Positions 20,528 to 29,887 are shown, counted from the first letter of the stretch. The stretch is DNA of 64,000 nucleotides from Candidatus Eiseniibacteriota bacterium (GCA_963792585.1 CAWBWI010000003.1:156084-220083); one strand, 5' to 3'. A program made the numbers and translations. The notes: generated by a model from the letters alone, not told the origin.

Positions 20528-21991
20528 TCAGAACTCGAGCCCGGAAAGATCCTGGCGGATCCTGGAGCGAGTCTCCCCGTCGATCCGGCCCGTCGCTTCG
20601 AGGCGGTCGAGTTCGTCCGTCCAGCTACGGTGCATGGCCGTGCCGGCGGACCACTCCCGTAGATCATGGTCGGTAGCCCCACGGGCGATGATCGCCGCCA
20701 GCGAGGGGTCGCCGCGGACGATCTGCGTCGCGACCAGCGGCGGTCCCAGCCCCGCCTCACGCACGGGCAATAGGCCCACCCACCCGGTGAGAACCCGCGC
20801 CAGCCGCGCCTCGGCGTCAAGAACGCTGCATCGGTAGAGAGACCGAAGGAAACTTCCGACACACTCGCGCAGGGTGAGTCCCGAGGTGACCCCGACCACC
20901 GAGATTCCCGCCTCTGCCAATTCGAGGGCCGCGGCCGCAACCGACGGCATTCTCACAGAGTCGATGACGATGATCTCGGGATTCCATTCCATAAGGCCGG
21001 CCGCCGCCTCGCCGTCGAGCGGGCTGCCTACGTGCCGGGAGAGACCCGGGACATCCTCCCAGGCGACCCGTGGCGACTCCTCCAGCCAGAGGATAGGACC
21101 ACGCGTCTTCGCATTGCCAAGCCACCCGGCCAGCGCCGTCGAACGGTAGCCATGCGGAAGGCCCGTCCAGAGAATCAGCCCCCGTCCCTGTTCGAGCAAG
21201 ATCGAGAGCGCGTTCGCATCGAGCCCGAGTTCCTCCGAGGAGGGGAGCTCCGATGACAGGGACGAGAGAAGCACCTGCAAGCCGCCGCCGGGTCTGCGGC
21301 TGCGGAGATGGAACCATCCCGCCGGCCGCTCGAACCTGTGGTTGCGCGCCTCGCCTGGCTCGGGTACCGGCAATCGGAGACGCGCCAGCACGTCCTCGGT
21401 CGACATCCGTACGTGATAGGATCGGACCTCTTCGCGCGAACACAGGATCGAGGTACCGTCGCGCATGACCAACGTGCCCCTCACGAGCGCTAGATCACGG
21501 AGCATCTCGTCGAGCGGATCGTGGAGCGCCGCGGCCTTCTGGCCCGCCGGCTCGATCGCCCGACGGAAGACCTCGGGCAGCTCGTCGGCGATCGACTGCT
21601 TCTCCCTGAAAGTCGATTCCTGCGTTGGACCCTGGATCTCGTCCCCCGCCAGCGCTCTCGCCTCGTCGATCAACCGCGCCGCCTCGAGGAGGATCGCCTC
21701 GGTGGATGCTTCGATCCGTCGTTCCGCCCCGGTCGGGGTCGGATCGAACGTAAACGTCCCCGTCGGCCATTGCACCGCCCCGAGGAGAATGCGTTCTCCG
21801 CGTCGCAGGGCGTCGTCCATGATGTCGAGGATCGCCCCGTCCTCGAAGTAGATGCGAACGGCATTGTCGTGGTTGCGAACCGTGAGGGTTCCCGTTCTAC
21901 GATTCAGCATCAGGAACTGGCAGAGGTCGAAGAGGGGAATCGCCTCCAGCCGTCCCGCGAGAGCGGCTTCGGTGCGGACGGTCTCAGTCAT
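20528..21991 (-). CDS. PATAN/DUF4388-like N-terminal domain fused to a degenerate PilT/GspE-like (pseudo-)ATPase domain
   Basis: The N-terminus LEAIPLFDLCQFLMLNRRTGTLTV... resembles DUF4388. The C-terminal half has secretion-ATPase topology, but Walker A is degenerate (GLPHGYRST instead of GxxGSGKST). It lies 23 bp downstream of pilT. Confidence 0.55.
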   Translation of the reverse strand: MTETVRTEAALAGRLEAIPLFDLCQFLMLNRRTGTLTVRNHDNAVRIYFEDGAILDIMDDALRRGERILLGAVQWPTGTFTFDPTPTGAERRIEASTEAILLEAARLIDEARALAGDEIQGPTQESTFREKQSIADELPEVFRRAIEPAGQKAAALHDPLDEMLRDLALVRGTLVMRDGTSILCSREEVRSYHVRMSTEDVLARLRLPVPEPGEARNHRFERPAGWFHLRSRRPGGGLQVLLSSLSSELPSSEELGLDANALSILLEQGRGLILWTGLPHGYRSTALAGWLGNAKTRGPILWLEESPRVAWEDVPGLSRHVGSPLDGEAAAGLMEWNPEIIVIDSVRMPSVAAAALELAEAGISVVGVTSGLTLRECVGSFLRSLYRCSVLDAEARLARVLTGWVGLLPVREAGLGPPLVATQIVRGDPSLAAIIARGATDHDLREWSAGTAMHRSWTDELDRLEATGRIDGETRSRIRQDLSGLEF

Positions 21992-22014
21992 CGCGCGCGC
22001 CCGTCTTCACGGTT

Positions 22015-23088
22015 TCATGCCGCCAGTTTCGGCTTTTCGATGAGCGCAGCGAACGGCTCCTTCGCCGCCGCGTGGAGATATGCATCTTGCGCGGTGACCA
22101 CGCCGTCCTTGACGAGCTGCATCAGGTGGACGTCGAGCAACTGCATTCCGTCCTTGCGCGCCGTTTGCATCAGGGACGGGATCTGAAACGTCTTCTTCTC
22201 CCGGATGACGGATGAGATCGCCACGCTCGCGAGGAGGATCTCGATCGCCGCAATGCGCCCTTTGCCGTCCGCCCTGCGCAACAGCCTCTGGGCCACGACC
22301 CCCCGCAATCCGTCGGCGAGCATCACGCGGATCTGCGATTGCTTGTCCTCCGGAAACGCATCGATGATCCGGTCGATCGTCTGTGCCGCGCTCGCCGTGT
22401 GGAGCGTGCCGAAGACGAGTTGTCCCGTCTCGGCCGCTGTGATGGCGAGTTGCATCGTCTCCAGATCGCGCATCTCCCCGACGAGGATGATATCGGGATC
22501 CTCGCGTAGCGCGGCGCGTAGGGCCGATGCGAACGAGCCGGCGGTCCGTCCGATCTCGCGATGGTTGATCAGGCACTGGACGTTCCGGTGGACGAACTCC
22601 ACCGGATCTTCGATCGTGATGATGTGCCGCCGTTGCGTCTGATTGATGTGGTGGACGAGCGCGGCGAGTGTCGTCGACTTGCCGCTCCCCGGCGGGCCGG
22701 TCACGACGACGAGCCCCTTGCGCAGGTCGGCGAACCGCTTGATCTGCTCGGGAAGGCCGAGTTCCTCGAGCGTGTAGATCTTGGTCGGGAGCAGACGAAA
22801 TGACCCAGCAATGCCGTGAATCTGCTCGAAGATGTTGCAGCGCACGCGTATCTCCCCTGTGAGCTCATATGCGAAGTCGATGTCGAGGTCGCGTTCGAAC
22901 GCGCGACGCTGATCCTCGTTCATCATCTCGAAGAGCAGGTGACGGGTCTGCGCGGGGGCCAACTCGGGGTAGTCGATCGGGAAGATATCCCCATCGACGC
23001 GCAGCATCGGCGGGGACCCCGTCGAGATGTGGAGGTCCGATGCGCCTTTGGCGCTGACCAGCCGGAAGATCGCGTCGATTGCCGCCAA
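22015..23088 (-). CDS. pilT: Type IV pilus retraction ATPase PilT
   Basis: Walker A VVTGPPGSGKSTT, Asp/His boxes, Walker B DIILVGEMRD, and the PilT-specific AIRAALREDPD. The start is uncertain: TTG at 23088, 6 nt after GGGAGGG, is chosen, but GTG at 23094 and TTG at 23130 are also possible. Confidence 0.85.
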   Translation of the reverse strand: MAAIDAIFRLVSAKGASDLHISTGSPPMLRVDGDIFPIDYPELAPAQTRHLLFEMMNEDQRRAFERDLDIDFAYELTGEIRVRCNIFEQIHGIAGSFRLLPTKIYTLEELGLPEQIKRFADLRKGLVVVTGPPGSGKSTTLAALVHHINQTQRRHIITIEDPVEFVHRNVQCLINHREIGRTAGSFASALRAALREDPDIILVGEMRDLETMQLAITAAETGQLVFGTLHTASAAQTIDRIIDAFPEDKQSQIRVMLADGLRGVVAQRLLRRADGKGRIAAIEILLASVAISSVIREKKTFQIPSLMQTARKDGMQLLDVHLMQLVKDGVVTAQDAYLHAAAKEPFAALIEKPKLAA

Positions 23089-23239
23089 GAACACCCCTCC
23101 CGGGATGCCCCTGGGGGACACCCCGATCAAGTGATCGACCGTTTCTTACTGCTTCCTAAGGAGTTCCAGGGGTTGTTCTTGGACGCACCAAAGCCCGACC
23201 CCTCTACGGCGGCCGGGCTCTGGCGCGCTCTGGATGGGT

Positions 23240-26200
23240 CTATTTCAGCAGGGTCACTTGCCGGACCTGCATGACCTCCGGGGTCTCCATCCTGACAAAG
23301 TAAATCCCTGAAGGGAGCGGATTTCCGGCGGCGTCGAGACCGTCGAAGTCCACCGTGTGCTCCCCTGGCGTGATGACGCCGTCGACGATGCTACGGACCA
23401 TCCGTCCGGCGACGTCGTGGACGGCGATCGTCCCATGGGTCCGCTTGTCGGCCCGGTAGGTGACCGCCGTCCTCGGGTTGAACGGATTGGGTCTGCAGGA
23501 GACGAGGCCGACGGCAAGGCCGCTCGCGCCTTCCGGCGCGCCGGCGGCCGGGGTCTTCACCACCGCGAGTTGGAAGTCGTCCACCGCCGCTTCCAGCAGC
23601 GAGTTCGCACTTGCATCGCTCGCAACGAAGCGGAAGCGGATCTGGTTGGTGAACGGAACGAAGTCGCCGATGTTGAACGAATACTGGCCCCAGCTGTTCG
23701 CGCTCCCCGTCGTGTGCTCGAGGTGTACCCAGGTCGTCCCGTCCGAGGTGACGTCGACGTCCCAGAAATCCTCGTTCGGATTATTGCCGAGGTTGTTCGT
23801 GTACCAACGCCAGTAGCTCACCGTCGCGGACACGGCTCCCTGGAGAGAAAAGACCGGGGACAGGAGCGTGGTCTTCCCGCCGTCGACATCCTGCTCGCCG
23901 GCGGCGCCGCCGACGGCGCCGTTACCTGTGACCCAGCAGACCAGGCCCGGGTCGGCGGTGTGGTCGTACTCCGGCTGGCACTGCGAGCCGTTGTACGTGG
24001 TGCCGACCGGCTCGGCGCGCACCCAGAGACCGGACGCGGCGTTGTCGTCCGCCGCCCCACAGACCCATCCCCGGTCCTGCTCCGCATCATCGAGAAACGC
24101 GCCGACGGAAAGGTCGAAATCGAGACCGACGGCGTACTCCGCAGGATCGTGCGCAGCGAGGTGGAAAGGAATCGTCGCCGGACTCGGACAGGTCGGTGCG
24201 AGCGTCACCTGGAACGCGCTCATGAGGCCCGTGCCGCCGACGGGAACGCCGAGGCAGGTCCCTTGGCCGTCCGGGATCGTGACCGAAGGGTGGGTCGACG
24301 TCAGGGTCCCGGTCAAGGTGCGCGTCCCCGAATGGCCGCTGTTCGCGAGCCAGAGCTGGAGGTAGAAGGTCTCGCCGGGGTCCGCCACACCGTTGCCGTT
24401 TCCTCCCGGCGCCGAGTCGTCGATCAAGACCGGACCCGCCGCGAGGACCGGCGCCTGGATGGTGACACTGAACTCGCCGCCCCAGAGTCCTTCGTTGGAG
24501 TGCACGCCGTAGCTGAAGGTCGCGACGTGCTGGTCGGGCGTCAGGCTACTGAATACGGCGCCCCACGAGGAACTTGTCTCGCGGGCTCCGCCCGGCGGGA
24601 CGTCCGGAATCGCCGGCTCGTTCAGAGTCATCGCGACAACGTACGCGTCCTCGGATCCGAGGACCGCCGAAACGCCCGTGGCGGTATCGACGCCGATGTT
24701 CCGCACGGTCAGATACATGGCCACGTCTTCGCCCGCGTCCGCCTGGCCGTCATCGTCCCACCACTCGTCCCGGATCCGGTCCGATTCATAGACGAGGTAT
24801 GGACCGCTCGGCTGGATCACCTGGATCGTCCCGCTGTAGGGCCGCATGTTGTGCGCCGTGATCGTCATCGACATGAGCCCCGGCGTCGCGACCTGGCTCA
24901 GGTTCACCGTCGCGTGGCCGAGCGCATCGGCCCAAGCGACGTCGGCGATGCCGTCCTCCGTCTTGTGGACGAAGATCATGGCATTCGGGAAACCGGGAAT
25001 CGTCACGTCGAAGCTCGCCTGGCCCGTGAGGATCGTCGCGGGCACCTGTACATTCGCCGTGATCGGAACCGCAGTCCAGATGTCGACCGAAGGATCGCCG
25101 AGAAGATTGTACATCTCGAAGTATCGGCGCGTCATCGAGATATTGCCGAAGTAGTCGTAGTACTTCAGCTTGCCGTAAAGGATCATCCCGCCCAGCCAAG
25201 TCCGATCCACCTCATTCGGGTTTTGATTATCGTAGAATCCTTGATAGACACGCTTCTCGAAGATATCGTCCTCGGTCCAGTACGAGGTGACCGAGGAACC
25301 GAAGAACGCCATCGCTCCGTGCGTCGCGCGGATCCACGTCTCCCCGAAACACTCGCTGCCATACGCGAAGTTTCCCGTGAGACAAGAGAAGCTCGTGACA
25401 AACGGATAGACCGTGTTCGTCAGGTTGCGCACATCCGTCTGGTAGAAGACCGGTCCATCGGCCCAGTATGTTTCGGCGCCGTGTCCCGAATAGGTCCCCT
25501 GCGAGCGGCCGGCGTTGAAGGCATCGCGCACCTGCTGGGTCGTCGCGCCGTATGTATGGACATAGAGCTTGTCGCTCGTGTAGCCGAGCGGCTGAAGATA
25601 GGTCGAGATGACGTAGTTGTGGGTTCCCTCGGAGACCGTGTAGTTGTCGCTCGACGCCATGAAGGTGGCGTGCTTCTCCCAGTCATCGTTGCCGGTCCAG
25701 CCGACCTGCTCGAAGTTCGTGATCTTCGCAATGATATTGTGGAGATCGGTCGGATTCGTCGCCGAAATGCGGCCGACCTGGACGTCCGGAAGATAGTCAC
25801 TCCCCGCGAGCATCGCATAGTTCAGGTCGGTCGGCGGATTATCCGCGCCGATCCCAATCCAATGGGGGATGTCGGGCGAGTCTCCGACGAAGAGGACGAA
25901 CGTCGGCGGCACGGTCCAGGTATTGTAGGCGTTTTGAATATAGGCCTTGATCTGATCTCTTGTCGGACCCGTGTCGGTGGTCGTCGCGACCGTGATGCGG
26001 AAACCGCGTTCCCATTTGGTCGATATGAAGTCCATGAGCGGCAGATCATTGGCGAAGGCCGGAATCGTGATGACGAGGATACCGATCTCCCCGCCCGGCT
26101 GATAGCGCTCCTCCCCGCCGTTGAGCGCCGTCCGCACTACGGCGTCGTCGAACGGCGCCGAGGCATATCGCGTTCGGAGCGCACGCGTCTGCGCAGGGTC

Positions 26201-26773
26201 CGCACCGGCGAGGTCGATACGCACCGTGGCGCTTTCGAGCACCCGGAGTCTTCCGGCGACCGGGTCATAGGCCACGGGATTCAGCACGAGTTGGCCCAAT
26301 CGGTGCCCACGTAGAAAGCCGGCTTCCTCGACGGCCGTGACCGGAGCGTTCCCATAGCCGGTCCGCGTATAAGCGTCGGCATCATAGGCGAATGCCGGCT
26401 GAGTACCCGATTTGGGTCGCGAGGGCTGAAGGGGCAGGATCGGAGATTCGATCGACTGCTCTGTCCACACCTCGTTCTCGATCGAGACGGTCCAAGTAGC
26501 GCCGAGAGGCAACTCGATCAGGTTCCGAAGCACCGGAAGCCGGGGCGCCCCGATCGTCGTCGTGAACCCCTGGTCGGCAATCTCGACTGACGTGAACATG
26601 CCTCGATCCGTCGTCACCGGTTGCAGCGAGAGTCCCGGTAGTTCCGCCCGGACGACGATGCCGGTAGCATCCGAACGCAGCAACTCGAACGGTTGCGGCG
26701 CGGCAAGCAGTGGCGTGGCATGCAGGGCCAGGCCGATGAGAACAGCGAAGACCATTCTGGAAATGCGGATCAT
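23240..26773 (-). CDS. Gingipain-like peptidase C25 family protein with CARDB-like and jelly-roll C-terminal modules and a T9SS-type C-terminal sorting domain
   Basis: Signal peptide MIRISRMVFAVLIGLALHATPLLAAP with a GGAGGG SD. The propeptide and C25 catalytic region are recognisable (HG...ETYWADG, catalytic SFSCLTGNF). The C-terminus PNPFNPRTAVTYRAD...GIYFVRMETPEVMQVRQVTLLK is CTD-like. Confidence 0.8.
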   Translation of the reverse strand: MIRISRMVFAVLIGLALHATPLLAAPQPFELLRSDATGIVVRAELPGLSLQPVTTDRGMFTSVEIADQGFTTTIGAPRLPVLRNLIELPLGATWTVSIENEVWTEQSIESPILPLQPSRPKSGTQPAFAYDADAYTRTGYGNAPVTAVEEAGFLRGHRLGQLVLNPVAYDPVAGRLRVLESATVRIDLAGADPAQTRALRTRYASAPFDDAVVRTALNGGEERYQPGGEIGILVITIPAFANDLPLMDFISTKWERGFRITVATTTDTGPTRDQIKAYIQNAYNTWTVPPTFVLFVGDSPDIPHWIGIGADNPPTDLNYAMLAGSDYLPDVQVGRISATNPTDLHNIIAKITNFEQVGWTGNDDWEKHATFMASSDNYTVSEGTHNYVISTYLQPLGYTSDKLYVHTYGATTQQVRDAFNAGRSQGTYSGHGAETYWADGPVFYQTDVRNLTNTVYPFVTSFSCLTGNFAYGSECFGETWIRATHGAMAFFGSSVTSYWTEDDIFEKRVYQGFYDNQNPNEVDRTWLGGMILYGKLKYYDYFGNISMTRRYFEMYNLLGDPSVDIWTAVPITANVQVPATILTGQASFDVTIPGFPNAMIFVHKTEDGIADVAWADALGHATVNLSQVATPGLMSMTITAHNMRPYSGTIQVIQPSGPYLVYESDRIRDEWWDDDGQADAGEDVAMYLTVRNIGVDTATGVSAVLGSEDAYVVAMTLNEPAIPDVPPGGARETSSSWGAVFSSLTPDQHVATFSYGVHSNEGLWGGEFSVTIQAPVLAAGPVLIDDSAPGGNGNGVADPGETFYLQLWLANSGHSGTRTLTGTLTSTHPSVTIPDGQGTCLGVPVGGTGLMSAFQVTLAPTCPSPATIPFHLAAHDPAEYAVGLDFDLSVGAFLDDAEQDRGWVCGAADDNAASGLWVRAEPVGTTYNGSQCQPEYDHTADPGLVCWVTGNGAVGGAAGEQDVDGGKTTLLSPVFSLQGAVSATVSYWRWYTNNLGNNPNEDFWDVDVTSDGTTWVHLEHTTGSANSWGQYSFNIGDFVPFTNQIRFRFVASDASANSLLEAAVDDFQLAVVKTPAAGAPEGASGLAVGLVSCRPNPFNPRTAVTYRADKRTHGTIAVHDVAGRMVRSIVDGVITPGEHTVDFDGLDAAGNPLPSGIYFVRMETPEVMQVRQVTLLK

Positions 26774-26904
26774 CTGTCCCTCCGTCGATGGGCGACCGCG
26801 GACGCATTCGTGAGGGCTCGCCGGCATCGGCGAGTGGCTCAGCCGAAGAAACCAGGTTAATTGTACAGGAGGGCTGGTGGAGACGGGGTGGAATTGACTG
26901 CGCG

Positions 26905-26930
26905 CGGAATTGAGAGCGCCATCTCAATTC
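26905..26930. promoter_or_regulatory. Perfect 10-bp inverted repeat GGAATTGAGA-N6-TCTCAATTCC, with a third GGAATTGA copy 9 bp upstream (26889-26896)
   Basis: Seen directly in the sequence. It lies about 130-155 bp upstream of the C25 peptidase start, between that gene and the IS element. The stem is AT-rich and not followed by a U-tract, so it looks more like an operator than a terminator. Confidence 0.4.
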
Positions 26931-26987
26931 CTGATTCGCAGCATGAGAGATTCTGCGGTTCTGTTCGATACCTGCGTCTACTTCTTC

Positions 26988-28359
26988 GGTTGTGGTGCGG
27001 AGATTGGTGGATGCAGTTGACGAAGCAACGGCCACCCCTTCGGCTCTTGCGGAAACGACCGTGACAGGAAGTTGAGCGGAGAGTGGTCCGGCTTCGCCCG
27101 TGCCGAACCACTCCAGTTCTTCTCAGAATGCATACTTGAGCTGGTGTCCCCTTTGACTTGGACCCAGCGCCACCGTTCGGACCCGCCTCCAGTAGTAGGA
27201 CCACCAGGGCCCGGGTAGGACTTCTTTCCTGGGGAATGACCGATCCGCAAAGACCTCTGCCCACCTCAAAGGCCTCGATAGGATCCCAACGGCCATGGCA
27301 GCGGTCTCCCCCGGTGCCTTCTCTCTCCGGCTCTTGATGGCATTGCGCCACACCGTGAAAATCGCCAGCCGCTCGATCGCCGCCTGCCGCCGCTTGCTGA
27401 ATGCGATGGTCTCCCGGCGGTGGTTGGCCTGACCATGTCGAAGGAGCAGGTCGGTCAGGTTGACGGGGAAGAGCGGATTGCGCGTGGTTCGACGCTCGGT
27501 CGACGGAGTGATCTGATGCCGCACTTGTGGGAACTCCGGAAGTCTGCGGAGGCGAAGGAGCGCGCGGCGATAGGCGGGATGGTCATCGCTGTGGATGAGT
27601 TGCTCCCGGTCGCTCCTCGAGGATGGATCCTCCAGAACGGACCGGAGTAGGTCGAAGACGCCTTTCTCGACCGCCTTGGGATCGGGGCGGCCCAGTTGGG
27701 CTTCCAGATGCTCCCTGCGAAGCCGTTGCTCGGGTCTCATGGTCCCCTTGCGTCGCAAAGGGCTGTCGGTGAAGTGGAAGATGAACCAACTCCGGGCATC
27801 GACGGCGAGGTTGATGTGAAAGGGAAAGTACTGGGAGAACTCGAAGGACTCGAATCCGTCGATGACGATGGGCTCTGCGGTCCGGTACTCGACCAGCATC
27901 TGACGGTGGAAGAGCATGCAGTGACGGCCGGCACGGGCGATGTGGCGCAGGACGGTCGTGTGGGAGACGCCGAGGAGACGCGCGATCTGACGGAGACCGG
28001 GTCCTTCGGCAGAAAGTCGGGCGATGTCGCAGAAGAGACTCCTGTGTTTGAGCCAGTAGTCAGCGGCGAAGGTTCGAGACGAGAATCGGCGGCCGCAATG
28101 GGGGCATCGGAAGCGTTGGAAGAGGCGCCCGTCGGAAGGCCGACGGAAGAAACCGTCGTAGGCCGGGCGCCAATCGGGACGGGGTGTGTAGAAATTGCAG
28201 GCGGAGTTGGGGCAATGGGGCGGGCGGCAGGTCCCATGGACCTGGTGGAGGGATGTACGTCGTCTGGACACGAGGCGAAGGAGAGGCCAAGGGCGTGCCA
28301 CACCACGGAGCACCGCCCTGCCCGCAGTGCGTCCAAACACCAATCTAAGAACCACAACC
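26988..28359 (-). mobile_element. ISL3-family insertion sequence (1372 bp) with 22-bp imperfect terminal inverted repeats and a 9-bp direct target duplication TACTTCTTC
   Basis: IR-L at 26988-27009 is GGTTGTGGTGCGGAGATTGGTG. IR-R at 28338-28359 has reverse complement GGTTGTGGTTCTTAGATTGGTG, 19/22 identical. The flanking direct repeats TACTTCTTC lie at 26979-26987 and 28360-28368. A single transposase ORF sits inside. Confidence 0.75.
27123..28355 (-). CDS. ISL3-family DDE transposase
   Basis: The N-terminal zinc-ribbon CPNSAC...RFRCPHCGRRFSSRTF matches the ISL3 zf pattern (CPxCG...RRFRCxxxxCxxxTF), followed by an HTH (GVSHTTVLRHIARAG) and a DDE region. The start is uncertain; GTG at 28355 lies inside IR-R. 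Confidence 0.75.
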   Translation of the reverse strand: MVLRLVFGRTAGRAVLRGVARPWPLLRLVSRRRTSLHQVHGTCRPPHCPNSACNFYTPRPDWRPAYDGFFRRPSDGRLFQRFRCPHCGRRFSSRTFAADYWLKHRSLFCDIARLSAEGPGLRQIARLLGVSHTTVLRHIARAGRHCMLFHRQMLVEYRTAEPIVIDGFESFEFSQYFPFHINLAVDARSWFIFHFTDSPLRRKGTMRPEQRLRREHLEAQLGRPDPKAVEKGVFDLLRSVLEDPSSRSDREQLIHSDDHPAYRRALLRLRRLPEFPQVRHQITPSTERRTTRNPLFPVNLTDLLLRHGQANHRRETIAFSKRRQAAIERLAIFTVWRNAIKSRREKAPGETAAMAVGILSRPLRWAEVFADRSFPRKEVLPGPWWSYYWRRVRTVALGPSQRGHQLKYAF

Positions 28360-29757
28360 TACTTCTTCAGCGCAACAAGCTCCTCGTAGAGATGGATCGT
28401 CGACCGGACAGCCTTCCGCCAGTCTCTGAGGCTGAGACTCTCGTTCTCGCCATGTGCCTGAGAGATCGGATCTTCCACCCCGATCAGAAGACACGGTAGA
28501 CCGTGGAAGAGATCTTCGAAGGTCTTGACGAACGGTATCGAACCGCCAGTTCCAATCAGCGCGGGCGCGCGCTCATAGCCGGCCTGCAGCGCGCGAAGGG
28601 CCGCCTCGTATGCCGGCCCGGTCGGGTCGGTCGACCACCAGATTCCCGTTCCGAGAGGCCGCGTGCGGACTTGCACGCCCCAGGGAGGATCCCGATGCAG
28701 GGCGGCGATCAGCGCGTCGCGCACCGCGATCGGATCCTGATCGGGGACGATGCGGATCGTCACGCGAGCGCGCGCCGCGTCGATGATCTGGTTGGACAAG
28801 CCCGCGATCGGGCTTGCCTCCATCGCGATCACCGTCAGGCTGGGTCGCGTCCACAGCCGCTCCCATACCGAGAACTCCGGCTCGCCCGCGAACCGCACCC
28901 CGGGCAACATCCCAGCCTGTTCCGCAAACTCGGCCGCGTCGAAGGGAAGTTCCTGAAATTCGCTTCTTTACCGATGGCGCGGGTTCACGGATCCCCGCGC
29001 GGACGTCGGGATCCGCCGGCACGCCGTTTTCGTCGACGAGCCTCGTGAGAATCTTACACAAGGCCATCACGGGATCAGGTACCGGCCCTCCCCATTGTCC
29101 GCTGTGGACCCGTCCTTTCAGCGCAGCCACTTCCACATCCACCGCGACGAGGCCGCGTAGCTGGAACGTGAGAGACGGAAGACCCTCTTCGTGGTTTCCC
29201 GTATCGGTGATGACGAGCACGTCGGTGGCCAACATGTCGAGGTTTTCGCGGAGGAACTCTCCGAGATGGTCGGAGCCGATCTCCTCCTCCCCCTCGATCA
29301 GCACCTTCACATTGAGCGGAAGCGATCCCGTCGTCTTCAGATACGACTCGATCGAGGAAACGATCATCATCGCACCGGCTTTGTCGTCCGCGATGCCACG
29401 CGCATACAGCCGGCCGTTGGATCGAAGGGTTGGTTCGAAGGGCGGGCTCTCCCAGACCTCCGCGCGGCCGGGAGGCTGAACGTCGTGGTGCGCATATAGG
29501 AGGACGGTCGGCGCTCCCGGAGCGTGAAGCCAATCCCCGTAGACATATGGATGGCTCCCGCGATGGACGATCGTGCGGACGTTTTCCAGCCCCGCACGCT
29601 CCAACTCCGTCGCGACAGCATCCGCGCAGCGGGCGACTTCCTCGCGGGGGAACCCCTCCTGACTCACGCTCGGGATCTTCGCGATCGCTTTGAGACGTTC
29701 GACGTAGCTGTCGAACCTGTCTTCGAAGTAGGCGAGCGCCTTCTGTTTGCGGTCCAT
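28359..29757 (-). CDS. M20-family dipeptidase (ArgE/DapE/CPG2 superfamily), with a frameshift near 28950-28970
   Basis: The N-terminal frame shows HHDVQP, GIADDKAG and EGEEEIGS metal ligands up to ...LVDENG.... The C-terminal part continues in another frame (EFQELPFDAAEFAEQAGMLPGVRFAGEPEFSVWERLWTRPSL...HGENESLSL...KK*), switching within gaaattcgcttcttta. The TAG stop is immediately abutted by the IS. Confidence 0.75.
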
Positions 29758-29887
29758 ATCCCCTCCCGTCGTTGGCCGACCGATCGGGAGTGTACGCGAT
29801 TCGGGGAAGGCGTCCTATGGGCAGTTCCCCCATCGTGGGGTCATCCGGGATCGCGGGCAACGACGGGGCGTGAACGGCGAGGTTCGG

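Noticed and set aside
20351-20837. 103-aa and 159-aa + ORFs after ptsN
   Set aside because: Overlap the 3' end of the PATAN/pseudo-ATPase gene on the other strand. No support.
23357-26314. 985-aa + strand ORF
   Set aside because: Antisense to the C25 peptidase gene, which has a signal peptide, catalytic motifs and CTD. Shadow ORF.
26774-26987. Possibility that the IS disrupted a gene
   Set aside because: The pre-insertion sequence reconstructs to the M20 stop codon followed by non-coding sequence. No ORF is interrupted, so the insertion is intergenic, overlapping only the stop.
27696-28499. 267-aa + ORF inside the IS
   Set aside because: Antisense to the ISL3 transposase. No transposase-like motifs.
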